Assembly (NCBI GenBank): GCA_964588765.1
Contig: CAZPQS010000001.1
Location: forward strand, 1 to 51,588
From: an uncultured Planctomycetales bacterium
Lineage (GTDB): Bacteria > Omnitrophota > Gorgyraeia > Gygaellales > JAHJCI01
Direction of reading: 5' to 3'
Length of the DNA stretch: 51,588 nucleotides
In this document: piece by piece, positions 1 through 10,354 of the stretch
Position numbering within the stretch: position 1 is the first letter of the stretch
Layout of the letters: every line of letters begins with the position of its first letter
Position numbers and translations under genes: made by a program
Notes under the pieces: generated by a model
Told to the model about the DNA's origin: nothing
The model's input: only the letters and a program-made list of their open reading frames with translations
Databases searched by the model: none

Positions 1-36
1 CTCTTGAAAAAATCAAGAAAAAGGAGAGTAGGGTAA

Positions 37-1086
37 TTATGAATCTATTAGGCATAATGGTGTCATCTCCGGCTCATTCTTCTTATAGAAATTTAAATGT
101 GCCTTTACTACAATACCTTTTATATGTTTCTCATCCGGAGTAAAACGGTTAAGTGAATAAATTGGGAATTGCTTCTTAAGTTCTGCGGGAGTCCCATCGT
201 GAATAGTAACAGCATTTGCCCCGGACATTAAGCCCAGATATTGCCCGTCCTTTCTAGCTTTTTCCAGAGAACTGGTACTGGGAATTAACATCTGCGGATA
301 AACTATCCTCATTAAAGCCATGTATTTTAACGTGATATTTAAGTCGCCTATCGGCCTATCCCTGAAATTTGAATCCTCTCCCGGGATAAATACTGAAGTG
401 CTAACCATGGTTAATTTAAAATTATGAATGAAGAGCAGGTCATTAACTATATCACCTATGGTTTGATTTGGTAACCCTATTATATTGCCAGTACCAACAT
501 CAAAATCTAATTCATTTAGAATCTTTAAACACTCAAGCCGTTTCTCTAATGAATCGTCCGGTTTTATCTGTTTATAAAGCGCGGGGTTGGATGTTTCAAA
601 TTTCAGAATATATCTGTCAGCTCCGGCTTCGCGTAATTGCCTGTATTGACTATAACTTAGGTTGCCCAAACAAAGTATAATTGTCAAATCTGGAAACTTT
701 TGTTTTATATTGCTAACGCATTTGCATACAAAATCTATATAACGCTGTGAACTATTCTCCCCCGATTGAAGCAAAAGAACTCTTCTGTTTTTATGATAAA
801 GATACTCAACTATTTTCATAAATTCTTTGTATCTAATGATGTATCTTTTTCTGCTCTTCGAGTAAAAATTGATGTTGCAGAAATTACACTTTCTTTGACA
901 GATATTGGATATTTCAACCACGCTCCTTACCTCAACCTCTTGCAAAGGAGAATATTCCTTGCGTTTTTGCCTGGCTAATTTAAATAATTGTTCTTTTTCT
1001 CTCCCTTTAGATAAAATGGCTGCATAAAGTATATCCTTTGTAAAATCGCCTTTGGCAAGTAATTGTAAAGCAGATTTATTATTCAT
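37..1086 (-). CDS. Radical SAM enzyme, HydE/BioB/PylB-like branch (no B12 or SPASM domain)
   Basis: 349-aa ORF. Cx3Cx2C motif CQRKCNFC (C63/C67/C70). Blocks LLLQSGE, GADRYILKFETSNP and GTGNIIGLPNQT are typical of HydE/BioB/ThiH-type TIM-barrel rSAMs. It is the last gene visible at the 3' end of the array. Confidence 0.75.
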   Translation of the reverse strand: MNNKSALQLLAKGDFTKDILYAAILSKGREKEQLFKLARQKRKEYSPLQEVEVRSVVEISNICQRKCNFCNINFYSKSRKRYIIRYKEFMKIVEYLYHKNRRVLLLQSGENSSQRYIDFVCKCVSNIKQKFPDLTIILCLGNLSYSQYRQLREAGADRYILKFETSNPALYKQIKPDDSLEKRLECLKILNELDFDVGTGNIIGLPNQTIGDIVNDLLFIHNFKLTMVSTSVFIPGEDSNFRDRPIGDLNITLKYMALMRIVYPQMLIPSTSSLEKARKDGQYLGLMSGANAVTIHDGTPAELKKQFPIYSLNRFTPDEKHIKGIVVKAHLNFYKKNEPEMTPLCLIDS

Positions 1087-1110
1087 TTTAAAAAGCTCTG
1101 AGTCTTTATC

Positions 1111-2322
1111 TTATTCTCTAAACCTTGGAATCTTATATTGAAATAGCTCCCCGGAAATAATATCCTCTAAAATTTCTTTAAATTGCTCTACTGCCTCTTT
1201 ATGATAAACGGGTTCAATCTTGACTGCTTTTTGAGCGACCACTCGGCAGTAATCACAGTTTTCACAAGATATACTGCGGCAACTTTCTCTTAGGAATCTT
1301 TCCAAGAATCCGTCTAAGACGCGATTATCAATATAAACCCTAAGGGCAGAATTAAATTTAGCATACTTCTTAAGCCGAAAGATATTAATCTGAGAAGGCC
1401 GCAAGAAATATTTTATACTGCGAATTAATTTACTCAACCTGTTCTTATTTAAAAATGTACTATCTGAGGAAAGGTTGGGAAACAAGTCCAACAAGTTCCC
1501 CTCATAATAACCCTGTGTGTAGGCATTGACTATTAATAATATCGTATCCATATCTCTTGTTCTATCCACGAGCTTAATGCTGTCGATACCTACATCTTCA
1601 TAATAACTTATATCCTCCGGCCTTATCCAGCCGGCCCGTATAAATTCCATAGGTTCTAAAAGCCTTTTTAACTTACAACTTAAAATACAATAATCAACGC
1701 TGAATCCGCCAGAAGGCTCATGAAGTCTTGAGGAGTGTGAGACGCTGGTAGCATGGTATTGCCAAAAAGGACAACCATATATACAGGCGGTATTCGCAAC
1801 GAGTTGAAGATGACAGCGTATCGCTTTTCTAAACTGGGATAAAAGCTGGAACTCGCGATTAATGGTTATGGGATCTAAGGTTATTACATCTGCACCTAAG
1901 TCTTCCCAGCGCTTTGCCGTCTCAACTGTATTAATACCGGCGAATGAAGAGATATATACTTTCAATTGCGGGAAACGTCTTTTTATCAGCTGCACTAAAT
2001 ACGGAACACCGACGATAACATTATCTACCTTGATATCCAAAAGCCACTGTAGCAGGCGGTACAATTTATCTTGACCTGCGATAGTGAACTCTGAATTCGC
2101 CATGCACACAGCGTTTAGAAGATAATTAAATTTTATATTCTCCTTATGTATCTGTTTTATATGTTCTCGCACCCTCCGCTTATTTACATGCGGCAATAAA
2201 AAAGAGGATCTGCCTCCGCCGACAAAATCAGAATCTAACTTCCCGTAAAATTCGGCTACCTTCTCTTTATTTACCTTCTGGATTAATTCATCCTGCCAAA
2301 CAGTCGGAACTGAAAATTTCAT
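1111..2322 (-). CDS. U32-family protein (peptidase-U32 fold), long Cys-rich paralog A
   Basis: 403 aa. Full-length paralog of 5309..6499 (MKFSVP..W, DFVGGGR, FNYLLNA.CM, IKRR.P.LKV, GAD.ITL, IRAGWIRPED, GIDSIKLV). Conserved Cys patterns are C-x9-C-x3-CPFW, DYC-x3-C and a C-terminal C-x4-C-x2-C-x2-C. Confidence 0.6.
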   Translation of the reverse strand: MKFSVPTVWQDELIQKVNKEKVAEFYGKLDSDFVGGGRSSFLLPHVNKRRVREHIKQIHKENIKFNYLLNAVCMANSEFTIAGQDKLYRLLQWLLDIKVDNVIVGVPYLVQLIKRRFPQLKVYISSFAGINTVETAKRWEDLGADVITLDPITINREFQLLSQFRKAIRCHLQLVANTACIYGCPFWQYHATSVSHSSRLHEPSGGFSVDYCILSCKLKRLLEPMEFIRAGWIRPEDISYYEDVGIDSIKLVDRTRDMDTILLIVNAYTQGYYEGNLLDLFPNLSSDSTFLNKNRLSKLIRSIKYFLRPSQINIFRLKKYAKFNSALRVYIDNRVLDGFLERFLRESCRSISCENCDYCRVVAQKAVKIEPVYHKEAVEQFKEILEDIISGELFQYKIPRFRE

Positions 2323-2350
2323 TTTTTGATTATTATTTTAAAGGATAAAT

Positions 2351-3790
2351 TTAAATTTTAAAAATATATTTAGACTTAGAGCTTATAATATCCTTTATTA
2401 AAAGAAATGCTCCTCTTGCTAAATTCACCAACTCGCGTAGAGACTTCAGATTTTTTAATCGGCGAATAAGGTAATCAATCCTTAAATAAAATGACCGGTT
2501 TATAACTGAGACCCACCTTTTGATGTCTGCTCTGGATATATCGGCAATATTTCTTTTAACAAAAGGCCTGTTATATGGATTAAGAATAAAAAAATCTTTT
2601 AAGTCATTGCAGGATATCTTTTTTCCGCCTATGGCATTTTTAGCCAAAATTGATTTGGGATCAGGAAGTAGTTCTCCGCAAAGGATAAAATCCGGCCTTA
2701 TCTCACTTAATAAATTCTTGGTTTCCTTAACTGTATGGTCATTTTCTCCAGATGAACCTATGAGAAGATAAGCTACAGTCCTAATCTTGGCCCTTCTAGT
2801 AATTTCAAAGGCAGTCTTAATATCGTTTAAATTTATTTGTTTATGTAAATTATTTAGAATATCCTGAGACCCGGACTCTACGCCATAAGAAATTATATAG
2901 CAACCTGCCTTAGCCATCACATTCAAAAGAGCGCTTGAAACTAAATCCACTCTTGTTTTGCAAGACCAAGCAAATCTGATATCCTCCTCTAAAATTCGCT
3001 CGCATAACTCCATAACTCTATCTGGATTAAAAGTGAAGTTAGTGTCTATGAAATGTATCTCTCTTATTTTAAATTTCTCTATTGCCTCCTTTATCTCTTC
3101 TATTACACTGTGAATAGCGCGCGCTCTTACCTCTCCAGACAAACAACAGAAATCGCAGTTATATATACAACCCCTGCTGGTCTCCATTAATGTCAGCGGC
3201 GGATATAAATTAAAAGGCGGGTGCATCCTGTAGTTTTTATTTGGCAGAAGATGCCTGGCTGGAAAAGGTAATCTATCCAAATCTAAATATGAAGGGGTGG
3301 GAGTAGAAACGATTCTGCCATTATCCTTGTATGAAATGCCAAAAATTTTTTCTAAATTACATAAGCGGCCTCCTTTCCTCATTTGTGTACACAAACTTAA
3401 CATGGCTTCTTCGCCTTCGCCCCTGACCAGTATATCAAAGTCTCCTCCTAAGCCGAAAATTGTCTCTGGCGAAAAACTATTGCAATGCCCTCCCAGGACT
3501 ATTCTTGAATCTGGATTTATGTGCTTCAACAATTTTACTATCTTCATACCCTCTGTTAAGTTGAACAGGCCGCAGCTCAAGCCACATATAGGGTAAGCAT
3601 TGTTTTTTAGATATTTCGGCAAATCTTCTGTTTTAATGTTCAAAGCCTGCATATCTAATATGCTTACGTCAAAATCGTGTTTCTCCAAGACAGAAGCAAT
3701 ATAAGCCAGTCCTAGAGGAGGAAGTGGATAAACGCCGCTTAAATTAAACCTGAACCTGGTTGAAGGTGGAGAAATTAAAAGTATCTTCAT
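2351..3790 (-). CDS. B12-binding (class B) radical SAM enzyme
   Basis: 479 aa. N-terminal Rossmann-like block MKILLISPP...PPLGLAYIASVL...ILVRGEGEE. Cluster motif SRGCIYNCDFC. Confidence 0.85.
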   Translation of the reverse strand: MKILLISPPSTRFRFNLSGVYPLPPLGLAYIASVLEKHDFDVSILDMQALNIKTEDLPKYLKNNAYPICGLSCGLFNLTEGMKIVKLLKHINPDSRIVLGGHCNSFSPETIFGLGGDFDILVRGEGEEAMLSLCTQMRKGGRLCNLEKIFGISYKDNGRIVSTPTPSYLDLDRLPFPARHLLPNKNYRMHPPFNLYPPLTLMETSRGCIYNCDFCCLSGEVRARAIHSVIEEIKEAIEKFKIREIHFIDTNFTFNPDRVMELCERILEEDIRFAWSCKTRVDLVSSALLNVMAKAGCYIISYGVESGSQDILNNLHKQINLNDIKTAFEITRRAKIRTVAYLLIGSSGENDHTVKETKNLLSEIRPDFILCGELLPDPKSILAKNAIGGKKISCNDLKDFFILNPYNRPFVKRNIADISRADIKRWVSVINRSFYLRIDYLIRRLKNLKSLRELVNLARGAFLLIKDIISSKSKYIFKI

Positions 3791-3814
3791 TGGCGTTGCG
3801 CTTTTTTATTTAGC

Positions 3815-5290
3815 TTATGTGTTTAATTTTGGCTTTTTTCTTTTTATTTTATTAATTAACATCTTAAAACCGCTATGCATTAATACGCATGCCCCATAAA
3901 AGAGAAATTTTAGAGAAATCCTTCTTTTAACTAAATTTCTCAGGACTATCTTTGGCCTCATGTAGTAAGAAAACATTGCCTTTCTCTGAAGGTCCTTTAA
4001 TTCTTTACTGCTCATCCCTTCGGGGGTATAGAGCAAATCTTCTGAATCAGAAAACCAGTCATACCAACTGTTATACTTATCAAGCTCTCCGGCCTTGTCT
4101 CTTCTATCAATATAAAGCTTAAATAATTCTGAGCCTGGATAGGGGATGGCTATATTGAATTTTACGAAATCACAATCTAATTCTTTGGCAAACCGAATTG
4201 TCTGCTCGCAAGTCTCTCTGGTCTCGCTGGGCATTCCCAGCATGAAAAGCCCTAAACTCATAAGCCCTGCCCTCTTGGTATATTTCATAGCCAGCCTTGC
4301 CTGCTCAATGGTAGTGCCTTTCCTTAATTTATTCAGAATCTCTTGATTACCGACCTCAAAACCGTACATCATCAGATATGCGCCAGCCTGTTTCATTTTC
4401 TTTAATAATTCAAAATTGACCAAATCAACCCTGGTTTCGGTAACCCATCTGACTTTTTTATGTAAACCGCGCTTGATGAATCTATTGCAAAACTCTAAGC
4501 CGAAGTTTATAGAGAAAGGGAAAAACGTATCGGTAAAACCGAAGTATCTTATCTTGTACCTCCCGTTCATATACTCAATTTCATCAATAATATTCTCCAG
4601 TCGCCTGTATCTGGGTTTTTTGTGAATCTTATCCTGGGTACAGAAGATGCACCTATAGGGACAACCCCGCGAGGCTAATATAACGGATGCCACCGAATTA
4701 TATATCGAGGCAAGAGGAACCTCGGTATAATTTTTAAGCTGGAGTAGGTGTAAAGCAGGATAAGGCAGGCTATCCAGATCTTCAATGGGTGCCCTGCCAG
4801 GATTATGATACACATTACCGTTATCGGTAAAGCTTATGCCTTCTAAACCACGCAAATCTTTACCTCTTTGAAGATAAGAAACTAATTCCAGCATACTGAT
4901 TTCGCCTTCGCCATGCACAACTATATCTGCAATTTTTTGTTTAAGCAGCTCATCCGCAAACAGCGAAGCATGGATGTTCCCTAAAACAATCCTGATGCTT
5001 CTATCATAATCTTTTATTCTACGTGCGAGTTTGCTTACATTATTCATGGTAGCGGTGAGACAGGAGAATCCGACCACGCCGGGCTTTTCGGCGATGATTC
5101 TTTCAAATAAAACATCTTTATTTATTCTCTCTGCTACTTGATCTATAATCGCTACCTCTATTCCATTCCTTTCTAAAAGGGCGGCGATGTATGTAATCCC
5201 TAAAGGGATTATGGGAGTAAGCAGTTCTCTTCTGAATCTCCGGCTAGACTCTACGGTTTCTGAATTCGGATTTATGAGCAACACTTTCAT
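3815..5290 (-). CDS. B12-binding (class B) radical SAM enzyme
   Basis: 491 aa. MKVLLINPN...IPLGITYIAALL...IVVHGEGE. Cluster motif SRGCPYRCIFC. Confidence 0.85.
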   Translation of the reverse strand: MKVLLINPNSETVESSRRFRRELLTPIIPLGITYIAALLERNGIEVAIIDQVAERINKDVLFERIIAEKPGVVGFSCLTATMNNVSKLARRIKDYDRSIRIVLGNIHASLFADELLKQKIADIVVHGEGEISMLELVSYLQRGKDLRGLEGISFTDNGNVYHNPGRAPIEDLDSLPYPALHLLQLKNYTEVPLASIYNSVASVILASRGCPYRCIFCTQDKIHKKPRYRRLENIIDEIEYMNGRYKIRYFGFTDTFFPFSINFGLEFCNRFIKRGLHKKVRWVTETRVDLVNFELLKKMKQAGAYLMMYGFEVGNQEILNKLRKGTTIEQARLAMKYTKRAGLMSLGLFMLGMPSETRETCEQTIRFAKELDCDFVKFNIAIPYPGSELFKLYIDRRDKAGELDKYNSWYDWFSDSEDLLYTPEGMSSKELKDLQRKAMFSYYMRPKIVLRNLVKRRISLKFLFYGACVLMHSGFKMLINKIKRKKPKLNT

Positions 5291-5308
5291 ATCAAACTGT
5301 CCATTTGA

Positions 5309-6499
5309 TTAAAAGCCCGCGCCATACTTAAACATCCCGCCTCCCGTTAAGCTATCTAGATATTTACGATAGTTGGAAATAGCTTTAGCGTGCCATTCAG
5401 GAGTAATCCTGATAGCTCTTTCGGCTATATCAGCACAATATTTACAATCCTCGCAGGATTTTCCGATACAATTCTCGTTTAAGAAATGTTCGATAAAGCC
5501 GCCTAAGGCCTTATTATCGATATAGACCCTTGTCTCATCCAGCAGACTTCTTGCCTTGAGAAGCGTAAATATATTAATACGGAAGGGATAAAAGAAATAC
5601 TTAAATTTATGAAATATGTTCGCTCTTTGAAAGATAATATTTTTCGACGGCCGCGAGAATAAATCAAGCAGATTGCCTTCGTAATATCCCTTGGTATAAG
5701 CATCTACCACCGAAAGGATTGCCTGCGTTGTCATAGCCCTATTTACTAGTTTTATGCTATCGATACCTACGGCTTCGTAATAATGCACATCTTCGGGCCG
5801 TATCCAACCCGCACGGATAAATTCTACCGGGTCCATTAACCTTATATAATTACAGGCGATGGTACAATAATCAATTAAAAAACTGTATGAAAGATAATCG
5901 TCTTGTGAGCCATGCGAATTTAAGACAGAGTGATATATCCAAAAAGGACAGTGAGATAAGCAGTCAAGATTAGCTATAAGCTGAAGTTCGCATTTAACCG
6001 CCCGCCGTAACTGGCGCAATAATGGAAAGTTTCTATTCACGCTTATTTCAGCCAATGTAATCCGGTCCGCTCCCAATCCCTCCCAATACTTAGCTCTTCT
6101 AATAGAATCTACTCCCGCCTGAGTAGATACGCATACTTTCAATTTAGGATAACGCCTCTTTATCAATTCTAGAAGGTAGGGGATAGAAACTGTAACCCCA
6201 TCGACACCGATATCCATAAGCCAGTCTAAAAGCGCGACTATACTGCGTTGCCCCTTAATTGTCCACTCTCGATTCCCCATACAGGTGGCATTTAATAAAT
6301 AATTAAATTTTGCTCCGCTACGCCGAGCCTCGGTTATATACATTGCTGCTTTACTTTTAGAGACATGAGGTAATATATAGGATGCTCTTCCTCCGCCCAC
6401 AAAGTCACTGGCAAGCTTGCTATATAATTCTGCCACTTTGAATCTCTCCAGGCCTGGTAGTAATTCTGCCTGCCAATTATGCGGGACAGAAAACTTCAT
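5309..6499 (-). CDS. U32-family protein, long Cys-rich paralog B
   Basis: 396 aa. Collinear with 1111..2322 and carries the same Cys patterns (C-x9-C-x3-CPFW, DYC-x3-C, C-x4-C-x2-C-x2-C). AAGGAGGG Shine-Dalgarno just upstream. ATGA overlap with the upstream gene at 6496-6499. Confidence 0.6.
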   Translation of the reverse strand: MKFSVPHNWQAELLPGLERFKVAELYSKLASDFVGGGRASYILPHVSKSKAAMYITEARRSGAKFNYLLNATCMGNREWTIKGQRSIVALLDWLMDIGVDGVTVSIPYLLELIKRRYPKLKVCVSTQAGVDSIRRAKYWEGLGADRITLAEISVNRNFPLLRQLRRAVKCELQLIANLDCLSHCPFWIYHSVLNSHGSQDDYLSYSFLIDYCTIACNYIRLMDPVEFIRAGWIRPEDVHYYEAVGIDSIKLVNRAMTTQAILSVVDAYTKGYYEGNLLDLFSRPSKNIIFQRANIFHKFKYFFYPFRINIFTLLKARSLLDETRVYIDNKALGGFIEHFLNENCIGKSCEDCKYCADIAERAIRITPEWHAKAISNYRKYLDSLTGGGMFKYGAGF

Positions 6500-7923
6500 T
6501 TACCCTCCTTAAAAATTAAATCCATCCAACTCCTAAATAGGTTAAAAATCTTTCTGAAAGGCAATCTAATTATACTATCTATATGCTTAAGGATATAAAC
6601 GGGTCGCAAATAAAATCTTTTATATGCCCTATTTATCATTCTATTTAAACTATCCAGAGGCATCGTTTTTGACAAATATATGGAATCATTATTCTTTATG
6701 AGCTTACCCCAATCCGCAACTAAATATCTTCCATTGGAATCTACCAATCTCCCCTGACTTACGGCAATATCAAATAAGTCAGAGCCGGGAAAAAGGCCTA
6801 GGGGTGCCCAAATCGCATAATCAGCATCTATCTCGATAGCTATGTCGGCTGTCTGTCGAGATTCTTCCTCTGTCTCAGTAGGAAGACCCATTATAAGTGA
6901 AGCCATCGCTTCTATTCCCGCCTCCTTTGTAATCCTGAATGTCTCTCTTATCTGTTCCAGGGTAATATTCTTCTTTATCAAATGTAATAATCGTTGTGAA
7001 CCTGATTCCACTCCGTAGAATATCTGATAACAGCCAGCTTTCTTCATTTTCTTAAGGAGTCCTTTATCAATCATATCTACACGGCTTAGGCAGGACCAAG
7101 GCATATCTAACTTCATATTGACTAAACGCTCACATAAATCGATTACTTTATGGCGGTCTATAGTAAAATTATCATCATAAAATTGTATAGCGTCTACCCC
7201 ATATCTGTCTCTTAAGTAAACAATCTCCTTTATAATTCTCTCGGTGCCAAAATGCCGGGATGTCCTGCCAAAAATCTTAGGGGCAGCGCAATAGGCGCAT
7301 TTATAAGGACAGCCGCGGGAAGTAATAAGATGTGCCGTTGTGCGCCCTCTTAATTGAGCCGTGGAATGATATCGATTAAGGGGAAAAAGATGCCAGGCAG
7401 GGAATGGCAGGGTATCCAGATTCTGTATTAACTGCCGAGGGGGATTTTGTATTATCTCTCCGTCTTCTTTCCAAGTCAATCCAGTAACATCGGCAAGATA
7501 TCTCCTACCCTTTAATGCCCCCAGCAAATTCTCGAACGTCACTTCGCCTTCACCAGCAATAACAAAATCAACATTCTCCTCCTTACATATCTCAATGGGA
7601 AAAAGGCTTGCCTGTACACCGCCAAATACGATTTTAACTTCAGGGCTAAACTCCTTTATTCCCTTGGCAGCCTCAAGGCAATCATTAATATTATAACAGA
7701 GAGTCTGCATACCTATTAATTCAGGGCTGTATCTTTTTACCAATCTAAATAAAACCTCGGACGAATAATTCATCGCCGCACAATCGATAATGCAGACTTC
7801 ATTACCAGCGTTTTCAGCCACGGCTGCTATATAAGCCAGGCCTAAGGAGGGATAAAGACCGTTAACGTACTTTAGACAACCTCTCTTTCCGGAAATCGGC
7901 GGATTAATTAAGAGTATCTCCAT
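6496..7923 (-). CDS. B12-binding (class B) radical SAM enzyme
   Basis: Cluster motif SRGCPYKCAYC and a B12-type N-terminus. I placed the start at MEILLINPP (7923) by analogy with the paralog N-termini. The longest ORF starts at 7950 (484 aa); the true start is uncertain. Confidence 0.8.
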   Translation of the reverse strand: MEILLINPPISGKRGCLKYVNGLYPSLGLAYIAAVAENAGNEVCIIDCAAMNYSSEVLFRLVKRYSPELIGMQTLCYNINDCLEAAKGIKEFSPEVKIVFGGVQASLFPIEICKEENVDFVIAGEGEVTFENLLGALKGRRYLADVTGLTWKEDGEIIQNPPRQLIQNLDTLPFPAWHLFPLNRYHSTAQLRGRTTAHLITSRGCPYKCAYCAAPKIFGRTSRHFGTERIIKEIVYLRDRYGVDAIQFYDDNFTIDRHKVIDLCERLVNMKLDMPWSCLSRVDMIDKGLLKKMKKAGCYQIFYGVESGSQRLLHLIKKNITLEQIRETFRITKEAGIEAMASLIMGLPTETEEESRQTADIAIEIDADYAIWAPLGLFPGSDLFDIAVSQGRLVDSNGRYLVADWGKLIKNNDSIYLSKTMPLDSLNRMINRAYKRFYLRPVYILKHIDSIIRLPFRKIFNLFRSWMDLIFKEGK

Positions 7924-9514
7924 ATTGCAAGATTTTTTTCTGGTTATCATTTTTTTCGTATAAATATACGATTATCCCCTTAAATTCCTTGGCGCTCTTT
8001 CTTGAATATAAGCTTTCTATGTATTTACGTATTAGCACCTCTTCCGGGATATTTCTCATAGCCCCTAAATTAATCCCGCTATCAAAAATATAACCGGAAT
8101 ATACCAGCCAGACCCTGCGTTGATTACCAACTGAAATATTACTCGGGATTTTCTTGACCCCTTGCTCCCGAAACTTAAAAGGTAGCACCTGTGCCCCTTC
8201 CTCCACTGACAAGAGATAATTACCTGCGTTTAACTCTTTAGATTTATCTTTCCTCATAGTTTTAAAATAATATTCAAAAGGAAGTGTCGCACAATAATCA
8301 ACATGGAATACAACATCTCCCTGCTGAAAATTATCTACAATATACCTGCTGGCGCTTCTGTAGTCTCTCTTTGGCTGTACCCCAATACAGCTTTTGGGAT
8401 TAGGCAAAATATCCAGATAGTAATTTTTTATCCCTATCCCGTTTAATATTAGCATAGAACATAATATAGGAATCGCATATTTATTGCGCAGCCTAGATAA
8501 CCCATTAGCAACCAAAAGATAATAGAATAATGCACACGGTAGGATATATCTATCTACATACCAGACTTTAATCTTTGATATGAGAAACATGCTAATTATG
8601 GGGATTAAAAAGCACAATAATAATATCGTGTATGAATCCCGTCTTTCTTGTTTTTGCTTTTTAATTAATCCCCAGCCCAGAAGTAACAAAAATATTACTG
8701 TGGCAAAGTTGTATATTACCCCGGTAACATTGTATCCAAAGCTAAAATTCTTGAGTGTATAAAAAACATTCTTAAATGACCCCTCTCCTGCCCACCATGG
8801 CACCCAAAAATACTTCGCATCACCAAAAAGTGCTAGCTTCAACAGAAATATCACATTTATCAACCACGGAATGAGAAATAAAATAAAAAGTATATTGACA
8901 AACAACCATTTCTTAAAAAAGCGCGCATATCTTTTGTAATAAAATAAAAAGTAGAGCAATTCAGCAAATAATATAAGAATAGCCATATAGTGCAGATAAA
9001 TGCTAATTAGGGTAAATGCTAGGTAACATAACCAAAATTTTAACCTACCGTATCTTAAAGCCTTTATTAAAAAGTATACCGATAGCAAAACAGTCAATGC
9101 TACCATAGAATACGACCTTACCTCCCGGGAATAATAGATATGAAAGGGAGAAATTGTTAAAATAAAACTTGCCAATAAGCCTGTCTTCTTCCCGAATAGA
9201 AATGCTCCTACTCGATAAACAGCAAATATCGTAAGCATGGCAAATATAACCGCGGACATTCTCAGCGTGAACTCGTCTTTACCAAGGCGTTGCCAATAAT
9301 AGATAAACAGGCTGGATAGAAAAGACGGATATCTGTCTTCTATGGAATCAAACATTCCCATCTTGCCAACCATTGTTTTCGTATAATCTGTGCTCAATAA
9401 TGAAGCTGCCTCGTCAAACCACAGGCTGTATCTGTCCAGCTGATACGTCCTTAAATAAAGACCGAGAAAGAACATAAGTACAAAAAGGATAATGTAAAGT
9501 CTATTTTTACGCAT
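7904..9514 (-). CDS. GT-C fold integral-membrane glycosyltransferase (ArnT/PMT_2-like, GT39/GT83 type)
   Basis: 536 aa. Many hydrophobic segments in the first ~370 aa. The first-loop motif YSLWFDEAAS is typical of ArnT/PMT-type enzymes. The C-terminal domain is soluble. Confidence 0.7.
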   Translation of the reverse strand: MRKNRLYIILFVLMFFLGLYLRTYQLDRYSLWFDEAASLLSTDYTKTMVGKMGMFDSIEDRYPSFLSSLFIYYWQRLGKDEFTLRMSAVIFAMLTIFAVYRVGAFLFGKKTGLLASFILTISPFHIYYSREVRSYSMVALTVLLSVYFLIKALRYGRLKFWLCYLAFTLISIYLHYMAILILFAELLYFLFYYKRYARFFKKWLFVNILFILFLIPWLINVIFLLKLALFGDAKYFWVPWWAGEGSFKNVFYTLKNFSFGYNVTGVIYNFATVIFLLLLGWGLIKKQKQERRDSYTILLLCFLIPIISMFLISKIKVWYVDRYILPCALFYYLLVANGLSRLRNKYAIPILCSMLILNGIGIKNYYLDILPNPKSCIGVQPKRDYRSASRYIVDNFQQGDVVFHVDYCATLPFEYYFKTMRKDKSKELNAGNYLLSVEEGAQVLPFKFREQGVKKIPSNISVGNQRRVWLVYSGYIFDSGINLGAMRNIPEEVLIRKYIESLYSRKSAKEFKGIIVYLYEKNDNQKKILQYGDTLN

Positions 9515-9532
9515 ATCGTTTCAGATTTTAGC

Positions 9533-10324
9533 TTACATCGGCAAGTCCGGCTGATAAATAATCCTGTCAATCCCTTCTTGCTCAAGATAATCCGGCATCT
9601 TTCGATTCGCCAGAAATACGGTGTTGCCTTTCATATAAAGAGGCAAAGGCATAGTATGATGCTGTAATACAATGGGGTTACTAAGCCTACATTTTTTTCC
9701 ACATTTAGGCAAAATACCTCCTTCAGGCTGAAGAGGGTTATTATTAAATATACACTCCCTTGAAGTGGTAACATAATTGAAAGGAAAATAAAGTGAGATA
9801 TGTAGCCCCTCGGTTTTTATATATTCATTCGTACTAATGCCTTGAGGCAAATTATCTATCTCCATCCGCTCTACAGAGTTATTTTTTAAGAAGCGGGCAA
9901 GATATGAGCTAATGGCAGCGGCCTTCAAGCGCTCTAATGCCCCCTCTGTTAACTTTCCGGTCAAATTCAGTATCCGCGGGTCGCGTTTCTGTTTAGTCAA
10001 CAATCTTCCCACAATAGGCATTAAATTATACTTTCTAACAATATCCAACATTCCCCAGTCGTTTATAACTATTTCGCTATTCGGGATTCTGTTAGATATA
10101 ATGCCTAATAAATCTTGCAAGTAATTCAAATCTGAATCGGTTGCGAAACCGGTTACAAAAGTAAAACCTAAATTCTTAGATAAAGTGAAGTCTAAAATCT
10201 TTTCTAATTCCTCTCTAGTGGGAATTAATTTCTGGCAAAATTCATTGCCAAAATATATTCTTGAATATCTCTTAGAACAATTTTTAAGTTCTGAAGCTTT
10301 ACTGATAAAAATCGCTTCTTCCAT
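9533..10324 (-). CDS. Short U32-family protein, UbiV-like
   Basis: 263 aa. YFGNEFC block, VINDWGML block, then SREC-x16-C-x3-C. Together these give four Cys arranged as in the UbiV 4Fe-4S ligands. Confidence 0.6.
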   Translation of the reverse strand: MEEAIFISKASELKNCSKRYSRIYFGNEFCQKLIPTREELEKILDFTLSKNLGFTFVTGFATDSDLNYLQDLLGIISNRIPNSEIVINDWGMLDIVRKYNLMPIVGRLLTKQKRDPRILNLTGKLTEGALERLKAAAISSYLARFLKNNSVERMEIDNLPQGISTNEYIKTEGLHISLYFPFNYVTTSRECIFNNNPLQPEGGILPKCGKKCRLSNPIVLQHHTMPLPLYMKGNTVFLANRKMPDYLEQEGIDRIIYQPDLPM

Positions 10325-10354
10325 CCCTAAGATATCCTAATTTATTCAGTCAAA

